From Balanoglossus misakiensis (Eukaryota > Animalia > Hemichordata), in NCBI GenBank assembly GCA_040954595.2, contig CM082589.2:9188894-9252893 (forward strand): a stretch of DNA of 64,000 nucleotides. Reading direction: 5' to 3'. This document shows, one piece after another, positions 23,237-36,210 of the stretch. Position 1 is the stretch's first letter, and each line of letters starts with the position of its first letter. The notes below the pieces were generated by a model. It ran no database searches. It saw only the letters and a list, made by a program, of their open reading frames with translations, and was not told the origin of the DNA. The position numbers and the translations under genes were made by a program.

Positions 23237-25080
23237 AATGTGGTCACTGTGATCAGAATATAGTCAGTGGTTTCACGGCAATAATAAAGATATCCGAGGC
23301 ATGCTGCTGCACCTTTCTGTACGGGAACGGTATTATTATGCAACGTACATGCAATGTCCACGCCATTTTGAATGAACCATTTTCGCGGATGCACGTCCAC
23401 GCATCGTCGTACTTGAATGGCGATCAAGATTTCTTGTAATGAGTACGGGCAAATCAACAGCTATCAATGGATGCACCACAGGAGTAGGTGTTGGTTCAAA
23501 ACACCTTTGGTACTTACAATCGTCCGGATCATATCAAAACGCGATGTGTTTGAATGCGACTGCGTTTACTGACATCGAGAATGGCGGCCACATTGTGATG
23601 ACCGCGTCGACTGATGCGCTCGATGAACGTACGTGACTGACCTCCCTTGTCATGATCTTGCGTGTTTTGATATCCGCACGTCATCTCTGACGCATAAAGT
23701 AGTCGGAACAGCGAAAGGTTTTCACAAATTTTGTCAAAACTGCGTCGAAATGGCTTTCCGACATTGACTTCCGTGTCTACGCTGTGGACTCACTAAGTAT
23801 GACTGTTCAATGACGTTTTATGAATGGACCAATCCGGTTACGTATGGTAATGCGTCCAGGGTCAAAAGTCAAGTATTGTACTTCGGCCAGTAAAACTTGC
23901 AAGGGTTGTAGATTGCGGTGAATAAATATAAATAAATTGTGGAAAATTTGTATTAAAATCGTGATCTCTAAAGAAAGAGTGAGAACTTGATTTTGAGTGA
24001 TATTGCAGTACAAAATTACAAAAAAATGCTTTTTATTGGGGAAGTGTTAATTATTCAGAAAAAAAATATATTCTGAAATTTTCCAACTTCAGAATTTTTC
24101 CAACTTCAACAGAGGATATGATTATTTCATCAACTAACATGTAAAAGTTATTTAAAAAATCAACTATGTCAATTAATGCATTATCTGGAAAGATACATTT
24201 TACAAGTCATGAATTACTATACTTAATATATAGATAAAGGCCTTCATGCAATATTACATACACCAACACTTCATTTTGCAGTACGGGAGCTGCGGTGTAC
24301 TGGCTTTTGCACTTGTCTGAGCTGCAGAAAGTCTTATCATATTGAAATTTACAGAAGGCATTGTTCCCTGCTGTTTTAGAGCTGTGAGTTAACTGCGTAG
24401 AGCTGCCGTTTGTCTACACAATGTTCTAAAAAAGCTGTGAAAGAGAATTTGGTCTGCTGCCAACAAATGACAGCTCAGAACAACCATTGCAGACCTGCAG
24501 ATGAGCTGTGGATAGCTGACACAGCTCTAAATCAGAGCTGCAGCAGCTCTCTGCAGATCAGCAGGTTTGGTAAGGGATGTAGATGGCGAAAGGACGTGAC
24601 AAGACTCGAATCTGAATCAGAATATGAATCTTGGGCTGTGGAACGTGAAACGTGAAACTTGAAACGTGAATGTTGAATTAGGCTTACCCTAATTTTTAAT
24701 GGGTATATTCTTGATAACTCATCACCATGAATGATCATTTCAAAACTTAACAAGGCATATGGCTAAAGAGGATTCAGTGTTTGTGCACCTTCTATCTGCT
24801 ATGCTGGATCTATTGACAGTTTTCAAAGGGGTTTAATGACTCGTCTTTTTATTCAGTACTTTCTATTTCATTCCATTGCTTTTTTGGTTAATAGGGACTG
24901 TCTTTCAGAACTCTTTGGTTTGTTTCGTGTTTTTAAGTGTAATTTATTATCCTTTAAGCTTTCACTTGTTTTCTAATTTTATTATTTTCTGTAGAAAATG
25001 CACTGAGATGTATGTGTATTATGTTTGTCAGGAAATAAATAATAATAAAATTAAAAATAATAAACTATCTTTGATTTCAG

Positions 25081-25197
25081 ATGTCAATGAATGTATGGAG
25101 AGAGCAGATCTTTGTGAAGGCCAGTGTGTGAATACAGCAGGCTCTTTTTATTGCACTTGTGTTGTGGGATATTGATTGGTCAATGGAGAGTGTACAG
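25081..25197 (+). pseudogene. cbEGF exon B, copy 1, with in-frame TGA
   Basis: tttcag|..|gtaag, phase 1-1; DVNECMERADLCEGQCVNTAGSFYCTCVVGY*LVNGECT. Confidence 0.85.
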
Positions 25198-25710
25198 GTA
25201 AGACCAGCACAATATGTGGGCAACGAAAGGTCCTGTATCTGTAACTTTTGAATTTTTATTCAATATTATTCTGGGTGTCACCCATCATTTCTTGTTCAGC
25301 TCGGTGAAGCTAGGTAAGCAATGTTGTTATTGTTTAAACATTGTATTCAAGCCTGGGTCTGGACATGGATGCAATTTGTCAATAATAAGAGTGATTGGTA
25401 ACTGCATGTTTACATAACTGGCTAACTGTTAAAAAGACCAGCTGTTCTATTTGGTGTGTGTACAGTACACATGCCATTGGCAGCTTATGGCTTAGTCAGT
25501 GTTTGCCTGTTGATTTCTCTATGTGTGTGTGTCTGTCTGTCTGTATATGTACTCCGGTGTAGACTTTTTTATTGTGTTATCCCTGAATGGGACCCGCCTA
25601 TGTCTTTAACGCGATGTTTTACACTCAGCAGCGATATTTTGTCTAACACGAGCAAAAATATCCCAAACTCGTCTGAGAAATCTTATCCAGGGTCCTAAGG
25701 TTGTGAGACT

Positions 25711-26106
25711 AATAGAATCTCACACTCCCAAGGACGTAGGATCATATTTCTCACATGTGTTGAGGATTTTCTGTCCCAAACAAGCTGCAGGCGAATGTGG
25801 GACAAAATATCAATGACGAGTGTGAGAAATATGATCCTGTGTCCTTGGTGTATGAGATTATATTTCTCACACGGCTACAAATTAGCCAAATTCGTTAAAT
25901 AAATGACTCTTGAACTGTCATCTGGTACAGTGTAGATTCTGTATCACGTCATTGGCTAACATTTAGCACATGTTGTTAAAGAACTCTTTGTCATCCAATC
26001 AGCGATCGCATCATATACAGCTCTCGATTCAGTGAGAATGTGGGATTGATTTGTTCTCACACTCTGATCCAACACTCTCAGCATGCCAGGAGTGTGAGAA
26101 TCTATT
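25711..26106. mobile_element. Non-coding hairpin element (copies at ~30887-31264, ~35510-35896, ~42342-42678)
   Basis: Long imperfect hairpin centred on gctgcaggc, followed by a second inverted pair; inverted termini aatagaatctcacactcc/ggagtgtgagaatctatt. Confidence 0.6.
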
Positions 26107-26417
26107 ACGAGTTTGAAATCTTAGGTGAAGAGTTTATCAATTTCACTGCCAACCCTGTAGGGCATTCTGGGATATGTGTTCATGCCAAAGCACAAACAGT
26201 TATGACCTGACAGCTCAGTTTGTAGATCATTTCTACAAATCCACAAAGAGACTCAAAGTTTAGAAATGTTGTGTCGGTTAGAAATATTAGAAGTATCACT
26301 GTTAATACTTTATTTCAAAGCCATGTGAATTTGTTCACATTAGGGAAATTTTTAAAGGAAGGGAGGATTGGTATTGTCTTGAATAATTACAATGGATGTT
26401 TTGTTCTCTATTTTCAG

Positions 26418-26540
26418 ATGTGAATAATGAGTGTTCAGATTCTGTTTGTGCTGGAGGTTGTCTCAATGCAGAGGGTGGATTCAGCTGTAGTTGTGGTGAT
26501 GATGGTTTCTCTCTGAGTGCAGATCATGTCAATTGTTTAG
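26418..26540 (+). CDS. cbEGF exon C, copy 1 (open)
   Basis: ttttcag|..|gtaag, 123 bp; DVNNECSDSVCAGGCLNAEGGFSCSCGDDGFSLSADHVNCL. Confidence 0.75.
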
Positions 26541-26966
26541 GTAAGTTTTTTTTGAGTGGGGAGAGGATAGGCCAACAATGGCTTGGAATTTCCTGCCTCA
26601 AAAGGGCGCTTACACAAGTTGTAAGAGGCAAAGATTACAGCGAGTCACCATGTAAAAAAATTATAAATAAAAGTTATCAGGCACTTTCCAAAGTTACACA
26701 TTTAGAAAAAAATGAGTTTGTTGTCTCGTGTGTGATATTTTTGGCTAACAAAACACTAGCGTCTAATGTGGTTACTACATTGTTTGTTTATCAGTATACA
26801 GTACTGGTACATATAAACATATGATATGACCAAGTTATATGCCAGGTGATATTTATTAAGTTTCACACAATTTTGCTCTCTTGTCGTATATTTTTTTCAA
26901 AGCCAACTGTACATGTAATTCAGATGTATTCATTCAAACACAATGTATCATATTTGTGTTTTCAAG

Positions 26967-27071
26967 CTGGTTGGTCACCATGCCAACAAGCATGTTACAA
27001 CACACCAACCAGTTACCAGTGTGGTTGCAGACCAGGATTTAAGTTGCACAGAAATCAACAAACATGTGTTG
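26967..27071 (+). pseudogene. EGF exon D', 5'-deleted copy
   Basis: Lacks the acceptor and first codons present at 31988; retains the |gtgag donor. Confidence 0.7.
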
Positions 27072-27220
27072 GTGAGTATCTACAATTGGGAGAAAGTAAG
27101 ATGTAGGTGTTTGTGCAATGTAAGTGTCCAATACATGTACATGTATATGTGACACTGAAATTACACATTGTACACTCAATAATTGGTAAATGTCTATTAT
27201 TCATGACACAAATCAACATA

Positions 27221-27406
27221 CAGTCAAACCTCTGTGACTGGCCACCTCTATTAAACAGCCACCTCTATATAGTGCCCACTTTATTCTAGTCCCTGTGTAA
27301 TTTATATCTACATTAATTGACTTTTCTACCAGGTATAATGGCCACCTGTCTATAAAGGCCAGTTTAGGAAAGTCCCTTTACTAGCCATAATGGACAGGTT
27401 TGACTG
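27221..27406. mobile_element. Tc1/pogo-type MITE (copies 32265-32450, 37015-37200)
   Basis: TIR cagtcaaacct/aggtttgactg; TA on the left flank. Confidence 0.7.
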
Positions 27407-27452
27407 CACTTGTGTTGTTTTCTGTCTGTAATACGTGTAACACAATCATAAA

Positions 27453-27727
27453 ATTTTTCATAAAGAGGGCACACTTCCAAAATAAGGTGTCATCTCCAAG
27501 CAGACAATGTGAAAAAGGAGGCCAGTTGGTTACAGAGTACTGCTCGAGCTCATCTACTTTGTTGTATACATGATACAAGTTGCGTGTAAAACTGACCTTA
27601 CAATAAAATGTGGCTGTCGAAAATCTGTCCCAACTATAGTGTTGATACACAAGACAAAGTTTTTACTCTTTGACCAACTGGCCTCATGTTTGCGTCTTGG
27701 AAGGGCACCCTCTTTATGAAAAAGGCA
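27453..27727. mobile_element. Small TIR element (MITE), superfamily unclear
   Basis: tttttcataaagagggcacacttccaa / ttggaagggcaccctctttatgaaaaa inverted ends; copy at ~37247-37521. Confidence 0.55.
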
Positions 27728-28525
27728 TATGATATCACTACAAGGAATAAATTAACACGATAGAACATTGCTGATTAATGTCATAGATCATGATAACATG
27801 AATGCATAGCAATGTTTTGTTACAATTTGGTACATAAAGAAATGGACTACTGTGACAGTATTGACTCTGGGCACTACGTAGATGATTCCCAGCCTCAAAA
27901 TTCTGACTTGCTTCACCGTTGGAAGAAGTCAGTTTTCAGGTTAACATGTATATTTGTACAGAGTGTGGCATTAGTGAGTGGTTGCATCACATCAATGCAT
28001 GACAAAAGGTCATCACTGTGTAAGACTCAGAAATAGAATTTGAATACAATTCCTATTAAACAAAATATTCTAAAATTTACATGTTATTTTAACACCTGTT
28101 TACTCCTATAAAAGTGAGTGCACGTGTTTTCGAGGTCTCTTCAATTCAGAAGCCACTGTGTAGGCCTTAGTTGGTACATGCAGCGCGTAGACTTAGAAAT
28201 TAAGTTCAAGTCCAGTTGACCATCTCACACTTCTGGCACTGGTGGGATTCAAACCAACGCCATCGAAATGACTGCAGGTGTCTAAAACCCCCTGACTGTA
28301 GGACACAAATGCCTGACAGTGATATAACTATGTTATAATGTTACATCGACAATACATAAGTTTGGGGATATGTTGTCTCAAATGATCAAATTGAGACAAA
28401 TTATCCCCATCTTGTTATAATCTGAGCCCAGTTGTCTTTGGTGTGAGATTCCAGTAGTTAAGAGTAGGCTTATCTTGAATAATGTAATGCTTGTAAATTA
28501 TTTCGAATTTCTTCTTACCCTCCAG

Positions 28526-28648
28526 ATATGAATAAATGTCACAGTTGTGGAAATGCGTGTCAACACTATTGTCAGAATACCCATGGTAGTTATTGCTGCG
28601 CTTGCAGACAAGGCTTCAATGTGCTGGAGGATGGCCATGCATGTGCAG
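28526..28648 (+). CDS. EGF exon A, copy 2 (open, two extra Cys)
   Basis: 123 bp, phase 1-1; DMNKCHSCGNACQHYCQNTHGSYCCACRQGFNVLEDGHACA. Confidence 0.7.
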
Positions 28649-29316
28649 GTATGTAACTGTGGATATTGATCTCTTCTGTGGCTACACTGTTTGGGGATTG
28701 TATATTGCTATGGTTACAATAAAACATGCATCCTGTCTGTCCATTGCACACATTTTAAAATTTGAAATCAACCGCACACTCGTACTGAACACATGTTTGT
28801 TGAAATTGTATCTCAGAATTTTTCCATTTATAATTATGCATAATATAAACAAATTAACAAATGTGAAAACTTATCTTTGAAAATTTGTTTGCAAGGGTGA
28901 AAAATTAATCTGTTGTTTTAAAAATCAGACAAAGTTTTGCTGACAGGGTACACGAGTTTCAGGGGATTTTGTTAAAATGAGAATGATAGAGAGTGTTAAA
29001 ATTCCTAGATTCTGAGATTGCCATGGATATTGAGGACTTTGACGTAAAAACAATTAATTGATCAAGAAATATGTGGTTAAGTATATGTGTGATCAACCTC
29101 ACACTATACTATAAGACTGTCTGATATATTTATGCACAAGTACAATGTATTTTCACTACTTATATGCATAACTCAATCAAATTAACATAATTTATTGACC
29201 TATAGCTAAATAAATTACCACAGCAAAGAATAAATATTCACTTAGAAAATTCATATAGTTTTCATCTCATTTTAAAGACATTAAAAATGCTTCTCCGAGG
29301 GGTACAATAATTTTTA

Positions 29317-29868
29317 GGGTAAGCCTAATTCAAGATTCACGTTTCAAGATTCACGTTTCATGTTCCACAGCCCAAGATTCATATTCTGATTCAGATTCCA
29401 GTCTTGTCTAATATGTTTATGCTGCCGTAACCAGGGGTGTGAACGATTGTTTATTGTCCTCGATCCCCGCCCAAGCAAGGTTCCCCAAATATTCTGTTCG
29501 ATTATCGCGTGACGTCATTGTCGGGTATCTCGTCAAGTTCAGTTTCAACAACATTTTTCAAAGAGAGATGCACCCTATTTATTATTTTCTAACACATGAA
29601 TGACCCTAGGCCTGAGATCGCACCATGGCCGGAAATCTTGGTATTCACAGATACTTTTAAGCGTAATTCTGATATAATTGATAGGTTTAGGTATATTTTA
29701 CAACCGATAACTTAAGCAAAGGACTAATTCCTATATTCTGAATCAAGTGAAAGCAATGTAGATGGCGAAAGGATGTGACAAGACTCGAATCTGAATCAGA
29801 ATATGAATCTTGGGCTGTGGAACGTGAAACGTGAAACTTGAAACGTGAATCTTGAATTAGGCTTACCC
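29317..29868. mobile_element. MULE-type MITE, uninterrupted copy
   Basis: Same TIRs and TAATTTTTA TSD as 12668-24689. Confidence 0.88.
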
Positions 29869-30259
29869 TAATTTTTAATGGGTATATTCTTGATAACTCA
29901 TCACCATGAATGATCATTTCAAAACTTAACAAGGCATATGGCTAAAGAGGATTCAGTGTTTGTGCACCTTCTATCTGCAATGCTGGATCTATTGACAGTT
30001 TTCAAAGGGGTTTAAAGACTCGTCTTTTTATTCAGTACTTTCTATTTCATTCCATTGCTTTTTTGGTTAATAGGGACTGTCTTTCAGAACTCTTTGGTTT
30101 GTTTCGTGTTTTTAAGTGTAATTTATTATCCTTTAAGCTTTCACTTGTTTTCTAATTTTATTATTTTCTGTAGAAAATGCGCTGAGATGTATGTGTATTA
30201 TGTTTGTCAGGAAATAAATAATAATAAAATTAAAAATAATAAACTATCTTTGATTTCAG

Positions 30260-30376
30260 ATGTCAATGAATGTATGGAGAGAGCAGATCTTTGTGAAGGC
30301 CAGTGTGTGAATACAGCAGGCTCTTTTTATTGCACTTGTGTTGTGGGATATTGATTGGTCAATGGAGAGTGTACAG
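30260..30376 (+). pseudogene. cbEGF exon B, copy 2, with in-frame TGA
   Basis: Same exon sequence as 25081-25197. Confidence 0.85.
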
Positions 30377-31434
30377 GTAAGACCAGCACAATATGTGGGC
30401 AACGAAAGGTCCTGTATCTGTAACTTTTGAATTTGTATTCAATATTATTCTGGGTGTCACCCATCATTTCTTGTTCAGCTCGGTGAAGCTAGGTAAGCAA
30501 TGTTGTTATTGTTTAAACATTGTATTCAAGCCTGGGTCTGGACTTGGATGCAATTTGTCAATAATAACAGTGATTGGTAACTGCATGTTTACATAACTGG
30601 CTAACTGTTAAAAAGACCAGCTGTTCTTTTTGCTGTGTGTACAGTACACATGCCATTGGCAGCTTATGGCTTAGTCAGTGTTTGCCTGTTGATTTCTCTA
30701 TGTGTGTGTGTCTGTCTGTCTGTATATGTACTCCGGTGTAGACTTTTTTATTGTGTTATCCCTGAATGGGACCATTGTGTCCTTAACGCGATGTTGTACA
30801 CTCAGCAGCGATATTTTGTCTAACACGAGCAAAAATATCCCCAACTCGTCTGAGAAATCTTATCCCAGGTCCTAAGGTTGTGAGATTTATGGAATCTCAC
30901 ACTCCCAAGGACTTAGGATCATATTTCTCACATGTGTTGAGGATTTTCTGTCCCAAACAAGCTGCAGGCGAATGTGGGACAAAATATCAATGACGAGTGT
31001 GAGAAATATGATCCCAGGTCCTTGATGTATGAGATTATATTTCTCATACGGCCACAAATTAGCCAAATTCATCTGAAAACATTGAATAAATGACTCTTGT
31101 ATCGCGTCATAGGATAACATTTAACACACGTTATTAAAGAACGCTTTGTCATCCAATCAGCGATCGCGCCATAAACAGCTTTCGATTCAGTGAGAATGTG
31201 GGATTGATTTGTTCTCACACTCTGATCCCACACTCTCAGCATGCCAGGAGTGTGAGAATCTATTTAGATCTACGAGTTTGAAATCTTAGGTGAAGAGTTT
31301 ATCAATTTCACTGCCAACCCTGTAGGGCATTCTGGGATATGTGTACATGCCAAAGCACAAACAGCCATGACCTGACAGCTCAGTTTGTAAATCATTTCTA
31401 CAAATCCACAAAGAGACTCAAAGTTTAGTTTCAG

Positions 31435-31554
31435 ATGTGAATGAGTGTTCAGATTCTGTTTGTGCTGGAGGGTGTCTAAATGCAGAGGGTGGATTCAGCT
31501 GTAGTTGTGGTGATGATGGTTTCTCTCTGAGTGCAGATCATGTCAATTGTTTAG
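31435..31554 (+). CDS. cbEGF exon C, copy 2 (open; weakened acceptor)
   Basis: 120 bp, DVNECSDS...; an upstream deletion removed most of the polypyrimidine tract. Confidence 0.7.
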
Positions 31555-31987
31555 GTAAGTTTTTTTTTGAGTGGGGAGGAGATAGGCCAAAATGGCTTGT
31601 CATTTCAAAAGGGCGCTTACACAAGTTGTAAGTGGCAAAGATTACAGCGAGTCACCTTGTAAAAAAAATAATAAATAAAAGTTATCAGGCACTTTCCAAA
31701 GTTACACATTTAAAAAACTTGAGTTTGTTGTCTCATGTGTGATATTTTTGGCTTGCAGAACACTGGCTTATTAAATGTAATGTGGTTACTACATTGTTTG
31801 TTAATCAGTTTACAGTACTGGTACAGATAAACATATGATATAACCAAGTTATATGCCAGATGATATTTATTAAGTTTCACACAAAATTGCTCTCTTGTTG
31901 TATATTTTCAAATGTGCACTCAAAGACAACTGTAATTCAGATGTATTCATTCAAACACAATTTATCATATTTGTGTTTTCCCCACAG

Positions 31988-32113
31988 ATGACAATGAGTG
32001 CGATCAAGCTGGTTGTTCACCGTGCCAACAAGTATGTAACAACACACCAGCCAGTTACCAGTGTGGTTGTAGACCAGGATTTAAGTTGCACAGAAATCAA
32101 CATACATGTGTTG
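31988..32113 (+). CDS. cbEGF exon D, complete copy
   Basis: ttttccccacag|..|gtgag, 126 bp; [42 protein letters not shown]. Confidence 0.75.
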
Positions 32114-32989
32114 GTGAGTATCTACAATTTGGAGAGAAAGTAAGATGTATGTGTTTGTACTATGTAAGTGTCTAATACATGTACATGTATATGTGAAACT
32201 GAAATCATACATTGTACAGTCAGTCATTGGTAAATGTCTGCTATTCATGACACAAATCAACATACAGTCAAACCTGTCTGAGTGGCCACCTCTATGAAAC
32301 AGCCACATATATATAGTGGCCACTTTATTCTGGTCCCTGTGTAATTTATATCTACATTAATTGACTTTTCTACCAGGTATAATGGCCACCTGTCTATAAA
32401 GGCCAGTTTAGGAAAGTCCCTTCACTAGCCATAATGGGCAGGTTTGACTGCACTTGTGTTAATTTCTGTCTGTTATACATGTAACAGAACACTTCATGAA
32501 TCATGACATTATAGGCTTTTTCATAAAGAGGGCACACTTCCAAAATAAGGTGTCATCTCCAAGCAGACAATGTGAAAAAGGAGGCCGGTAGGTTACAGAG
32601 TACTGCTTGAGCTCATCTAGTTTTTTGTATACATGATACAAGTTGCGTGTAAAACTGACCTTACAATAAAATGTGGCTGTGGAAAGTCAGTCCCAACTAT
32701 AGTGTTGATACACAAGACAATCGAGTTTTTACTCTGGCCTCGTGTTCGCGTCTTGGAAGGGTAACATGACTGCATAGCAATGTTTTATTACAATTTGATA
32801 CATAGAGAAATGGACTACTGTGACAGTATTAATTCTAGGAACTATGTAAATGATTCCCAGCCTCAAAATTCTGACTGTCTACAATTATATTTTTTAGCAT
32901 TTTTGTTGTGTATATCAACTGCACTTTCAAGTACAGTCAAACCCGTCTAACACCAAAGGGACTGAAGAAATTATTCAGATTGCAGGTGT

Positions 32990-35500
32990 CCAATTTAAAT
33001 TTTCTCTCCTGTCACAAAAATTGCATGGGAATTCTAATTCTAAAAGGAAATCTCATTTGATAAAAGATCTCAAAGTCAAGTTTTGGATGTGGCTCCAGTT
33101 CAAGTATTGTATGTGATTAATTTTCTGGAGCTCAAGTCTGTATACATAAAGTAGAGTTGGTCACATGGACTTGGGTAATCTGAGTGTGGTCAGAAATTGA
33201 ACTTACACACATTGATTGAGTTAAGAACATGTCTGGTGTATTACTGTAATATGACTAGATACTGCAAATGCATTAACTATAAGCGTTTGTTAAAATATGC
33301 AGTTTTCATCGACATATCTGATTCACAAAATTAAATACACATGTTCATTAAAACCCACTATGATAGAGCGCCCCCACTGTTCAGAATGTCAGTTTTGAAG
33401 TCCTACATCTATGACATCATGCCTAGCTGTCAATGTTAACTGATGTGTACTTGTACTACTAGTAAATGGAAGTACTTTAAAGTAAAGCTGAGATGCAAGG
33501 GTTTTGTAAAATAAATATAATATTAAAACGTTGCCATCATTTTAGTCCTTTGGAACAGCGGTCCAATTGACTAATGTGATCACTCTGTGTGCGGCATATG
33601 GCATATTAAGCATTTAGCATTTTTCAATCAGAAGCCGTTAATCCTGTGATTAATTCTGCTTCTTGCAACATTGATTTTAAATCACCACACATGAATATTT
33701 TTGTCCAAAGGACTGTGGTGCCCAAGTTTTTATGATGAGATAAACAAACAGTGAAATTCACTGAAGAAGTGAGTGAGCACTTGCCCTATCATTGTTCAAT
33801 GAAAGGTGACCACCAAACTCAGCAAGGAGAATTCATCTGACGCCTTGAGCATACCAACAACAACCAATGTATTGAAAATACTTTCTGAAACCTTTCAGTC
33901 GATGTTGCTTGATGTATATTGTATGACTGGACTCGATCATTAGGTTTTTTTGCATTGACATTTTCAGCAGCGTATCAAACTATTTTTTATTTGAGTTCAT
34001 CATCGTAGTGATGGTACGTGCCATGCTTTTGTTTCTTCGTGTGTGAAGTGACATCATTGTTGACAGTTTCAATCTGATCAGGTGACATGCCACATTGGTA
34101 TATTTTGTGAACATCAACAGTATTGTTTTAATGTGGTTGACTGACATCACTTGGGGTTGGATAAAGTGCTTTCTGAGCGATATTATAACAGCAGCTATCA
34201 AGAATGTAAAAAATATTGAAAACAGGCCATATCCTTAGCATTCCCTTTCATATTGTGTCTGCATTGCAATTGGTGATGTACAAAGTCCTTTTGACAACAC
34301 GCATGGCTGATTTGTTGTTGTTTTTTGTAAGAAACAAGTCTTTGATTTCCTGACTGCTAATTGCTGTCTTTGTACTACACTTCTAGTAATATCTCCATTT
34401 CTAGCTTTGCACCTCACATTTAATAAATAGACTTGTGGATGTTTTGACACTTCTTGACAATGAAAGTGTATGGTTGCAGTGATCAAATGATACACAAATC
34501 AAAGGAACAAAGAGTGACTTTTCATTCTTTTGAGAACCTTGCATTCTTATATTTAAATGCTTGCCCACTGGCCCTAGGTGTAAAATAGCAAAAATTTATC
34601 CATTTACTATATTAAAAAAATATTGTGCCAAAGAGTTGGAAGTCCAAATATCTTTACTTAATAATTTAATACTTTAATAATTACTCACAGTTTCCCTTAA
34701 GGTTTGGCCAACCTCTGGTGAAAGGATGACCTGTGATATAGTGTTTTAAATTGGAATATAATATGAGGTTATTACGAAAATACCGCAAAGTATGCACAAG
34801 GACATTAGCGCCAAGTATCTCCCGACGCGCAGCGGAGGGCGATGCGCGGCGCTAATGTCCGAGTGCATACTTTGCTGTATTTTTGTAATAACCTTATTAT
34901 TATACATCTTACATCTCCGTTAGTTCTTGTGTTGCATGTTACTTGGCTTTTAAAACGCCCAAAATGCCGATACAATCGATCGTAAACCGCTCAGCTGAAA
35001 CAGTGAGCAGCCTTCTTTTTTTTTGTTTACGTGCGTTGGAGCGGGGGTGTCTTGAAACCGTCTGCATAACAACACATACCTGTACAAAGTGAGTTGGGGT
35101 GCCTTGAAACTTGGGGCGTATTTAACACGCGTTACGTATGTACTATTCCGTACAGCTTTTTTAGTGCACGCTAAATTCTACTGTTCTCGGTGCCAGATGT
35201 ATAATAAATACATATATTTTAAATATTTCATATTTTCAATCTAGAAGTAGGAGCTGCTTCCTCAAAATATAATTGACTGTCAGAATGAAAGGCAAGCAAT
35301 TCAGGCAAATTAACTCTAACACAACAACTCTTCAATTAAATAATTGACATCAGACAACCACAAAGGCGATTTTCAATTAATTTGTATGAATTCAAATGCA
35401 GTTAACAGATTTAAAATTACTGGTAGGCGTAGATTTTGTCAGCGTTTTCCTTCATGAGTTACTTTGCGATTAGTTTGTTCTGTGTAGTTGAATTGAACAG
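32990..35500. repeat. Older duplication, paralogous to ~43990-45880
   Basis: Collinear shared blocks (ctgtcacaaaaattgcatggga... to ...tactttgcgattag) with many substitutions and indels. Confidence 0.85.
34757..35205. mobile_element. Non-coding double-inverted-repeat element flanked by TATAAT (Crypton-like, tentative)
   Basis: Hairpin 34766-34894; second pair ttattatacatct (34897)/agatgtataataa (35195); absent from the paralogue near 45570. Confidence 0.65.
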
Positions 35501-36210
35501 TGTTTGGTCTGTTCATAGTACTGTACAAGTGTCATATTTCTCACATGAGTTGGGGATTTTCTGTCCCAAACAAGCTGCAAGCGAATGTGGGACAAAATAT
35601 CCCTGACGAGTGTGAGAAATATGATCCCGGGTCCTTGGTGTATGAGATTATATTTCTCACACGGCTACAAATTAGCCAAATTCGTTAAATAAATGACTCT
35701 TGAACTGTCATCTGGCACATTGTAGATTCTGTATCGCGTCATTGGATAACATTTAGCACATGTTGTTAAAGAACTCTTTGTCATCCAATCAGTGCTCGCA
35801 TCATATACAGCTCTCGATTCAGTGAGAATGTGGGATTGATTTGTTCTCACACTCTGATCCAACACTCTCAGCATGCCAGGAGTGTGAGAATCTATTACGA
35901 GTTTGAAATCTTAGGTGAAGAGTTTATCAATTTCACTGCCAACCCTGTAGGGCATTCTGGGATATGTGTTCATGCCAAAGCACAAACAGTTATGACCTGA
36001 CAGCTCAGTTTGTAGATCATTTCTACAAATCCACAAAGAGACTCAAAGTTTAGAAATGTTGTGTCGGTTAGAAATATTAGAAGTATCACTGTTAATACTT
36101 TATTTCAAAGCCATGTGAATTTGTTCACATTAGGGAAATTTTTAAAGGAAGGGAGGATTGGTATTGTCTTGAATAATTACAATGGATGTTTTTGTTCTCT
36201 CTATTTTCAG

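Larger units (their letters stand above)
13109..24576. mobile_element. CACTA/EnSpm-like non-autonomous element (~1.4 kb without the nested retrotransposon)
   Basis: TIR CCCTTACCA/TGGTAAGGG; 2-bp TSD AT confirmed by the empty site aaagcaATgtaga at ~29751-29763; clustered GAGCTG/CAGCTC subterminal repeats at 24285-24550. Confidence 0.78.
12668..24689. mobile_element. Mutator/MULE-type MITE (552 bp when empty), expanded by nested insertions
   Basis: ~90-bp imperfect TIRs gggtaagcctaattcaa.../...ttgaattaggcttaccc; 9-bp TSD TAATTTTTA (12659-12667, 24690-24698); uninterrupted paralogue at 29317-29868. Confidence 0.88.
25790..29100. repeat. Segmental duplication, paralogous to ~35585-38900 (offset ~9.8 kb)
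   Basis: Matching ORFs 26846/36640, 27381/37175, 27812/37606; high identity. Confidence 0.95.

Noticed and set aside
25173-25175. TGA in exon B as selenocysteine
   Set aside because: Not a Cys position of the EGF motif and no SECIS seen; a CGA>TGA nonsense change is simpler.
28155-28260. tRNA gene
   Set aside because: Only loose A/B-box-like words and no cloverleaf; at most a decayed SINE head.
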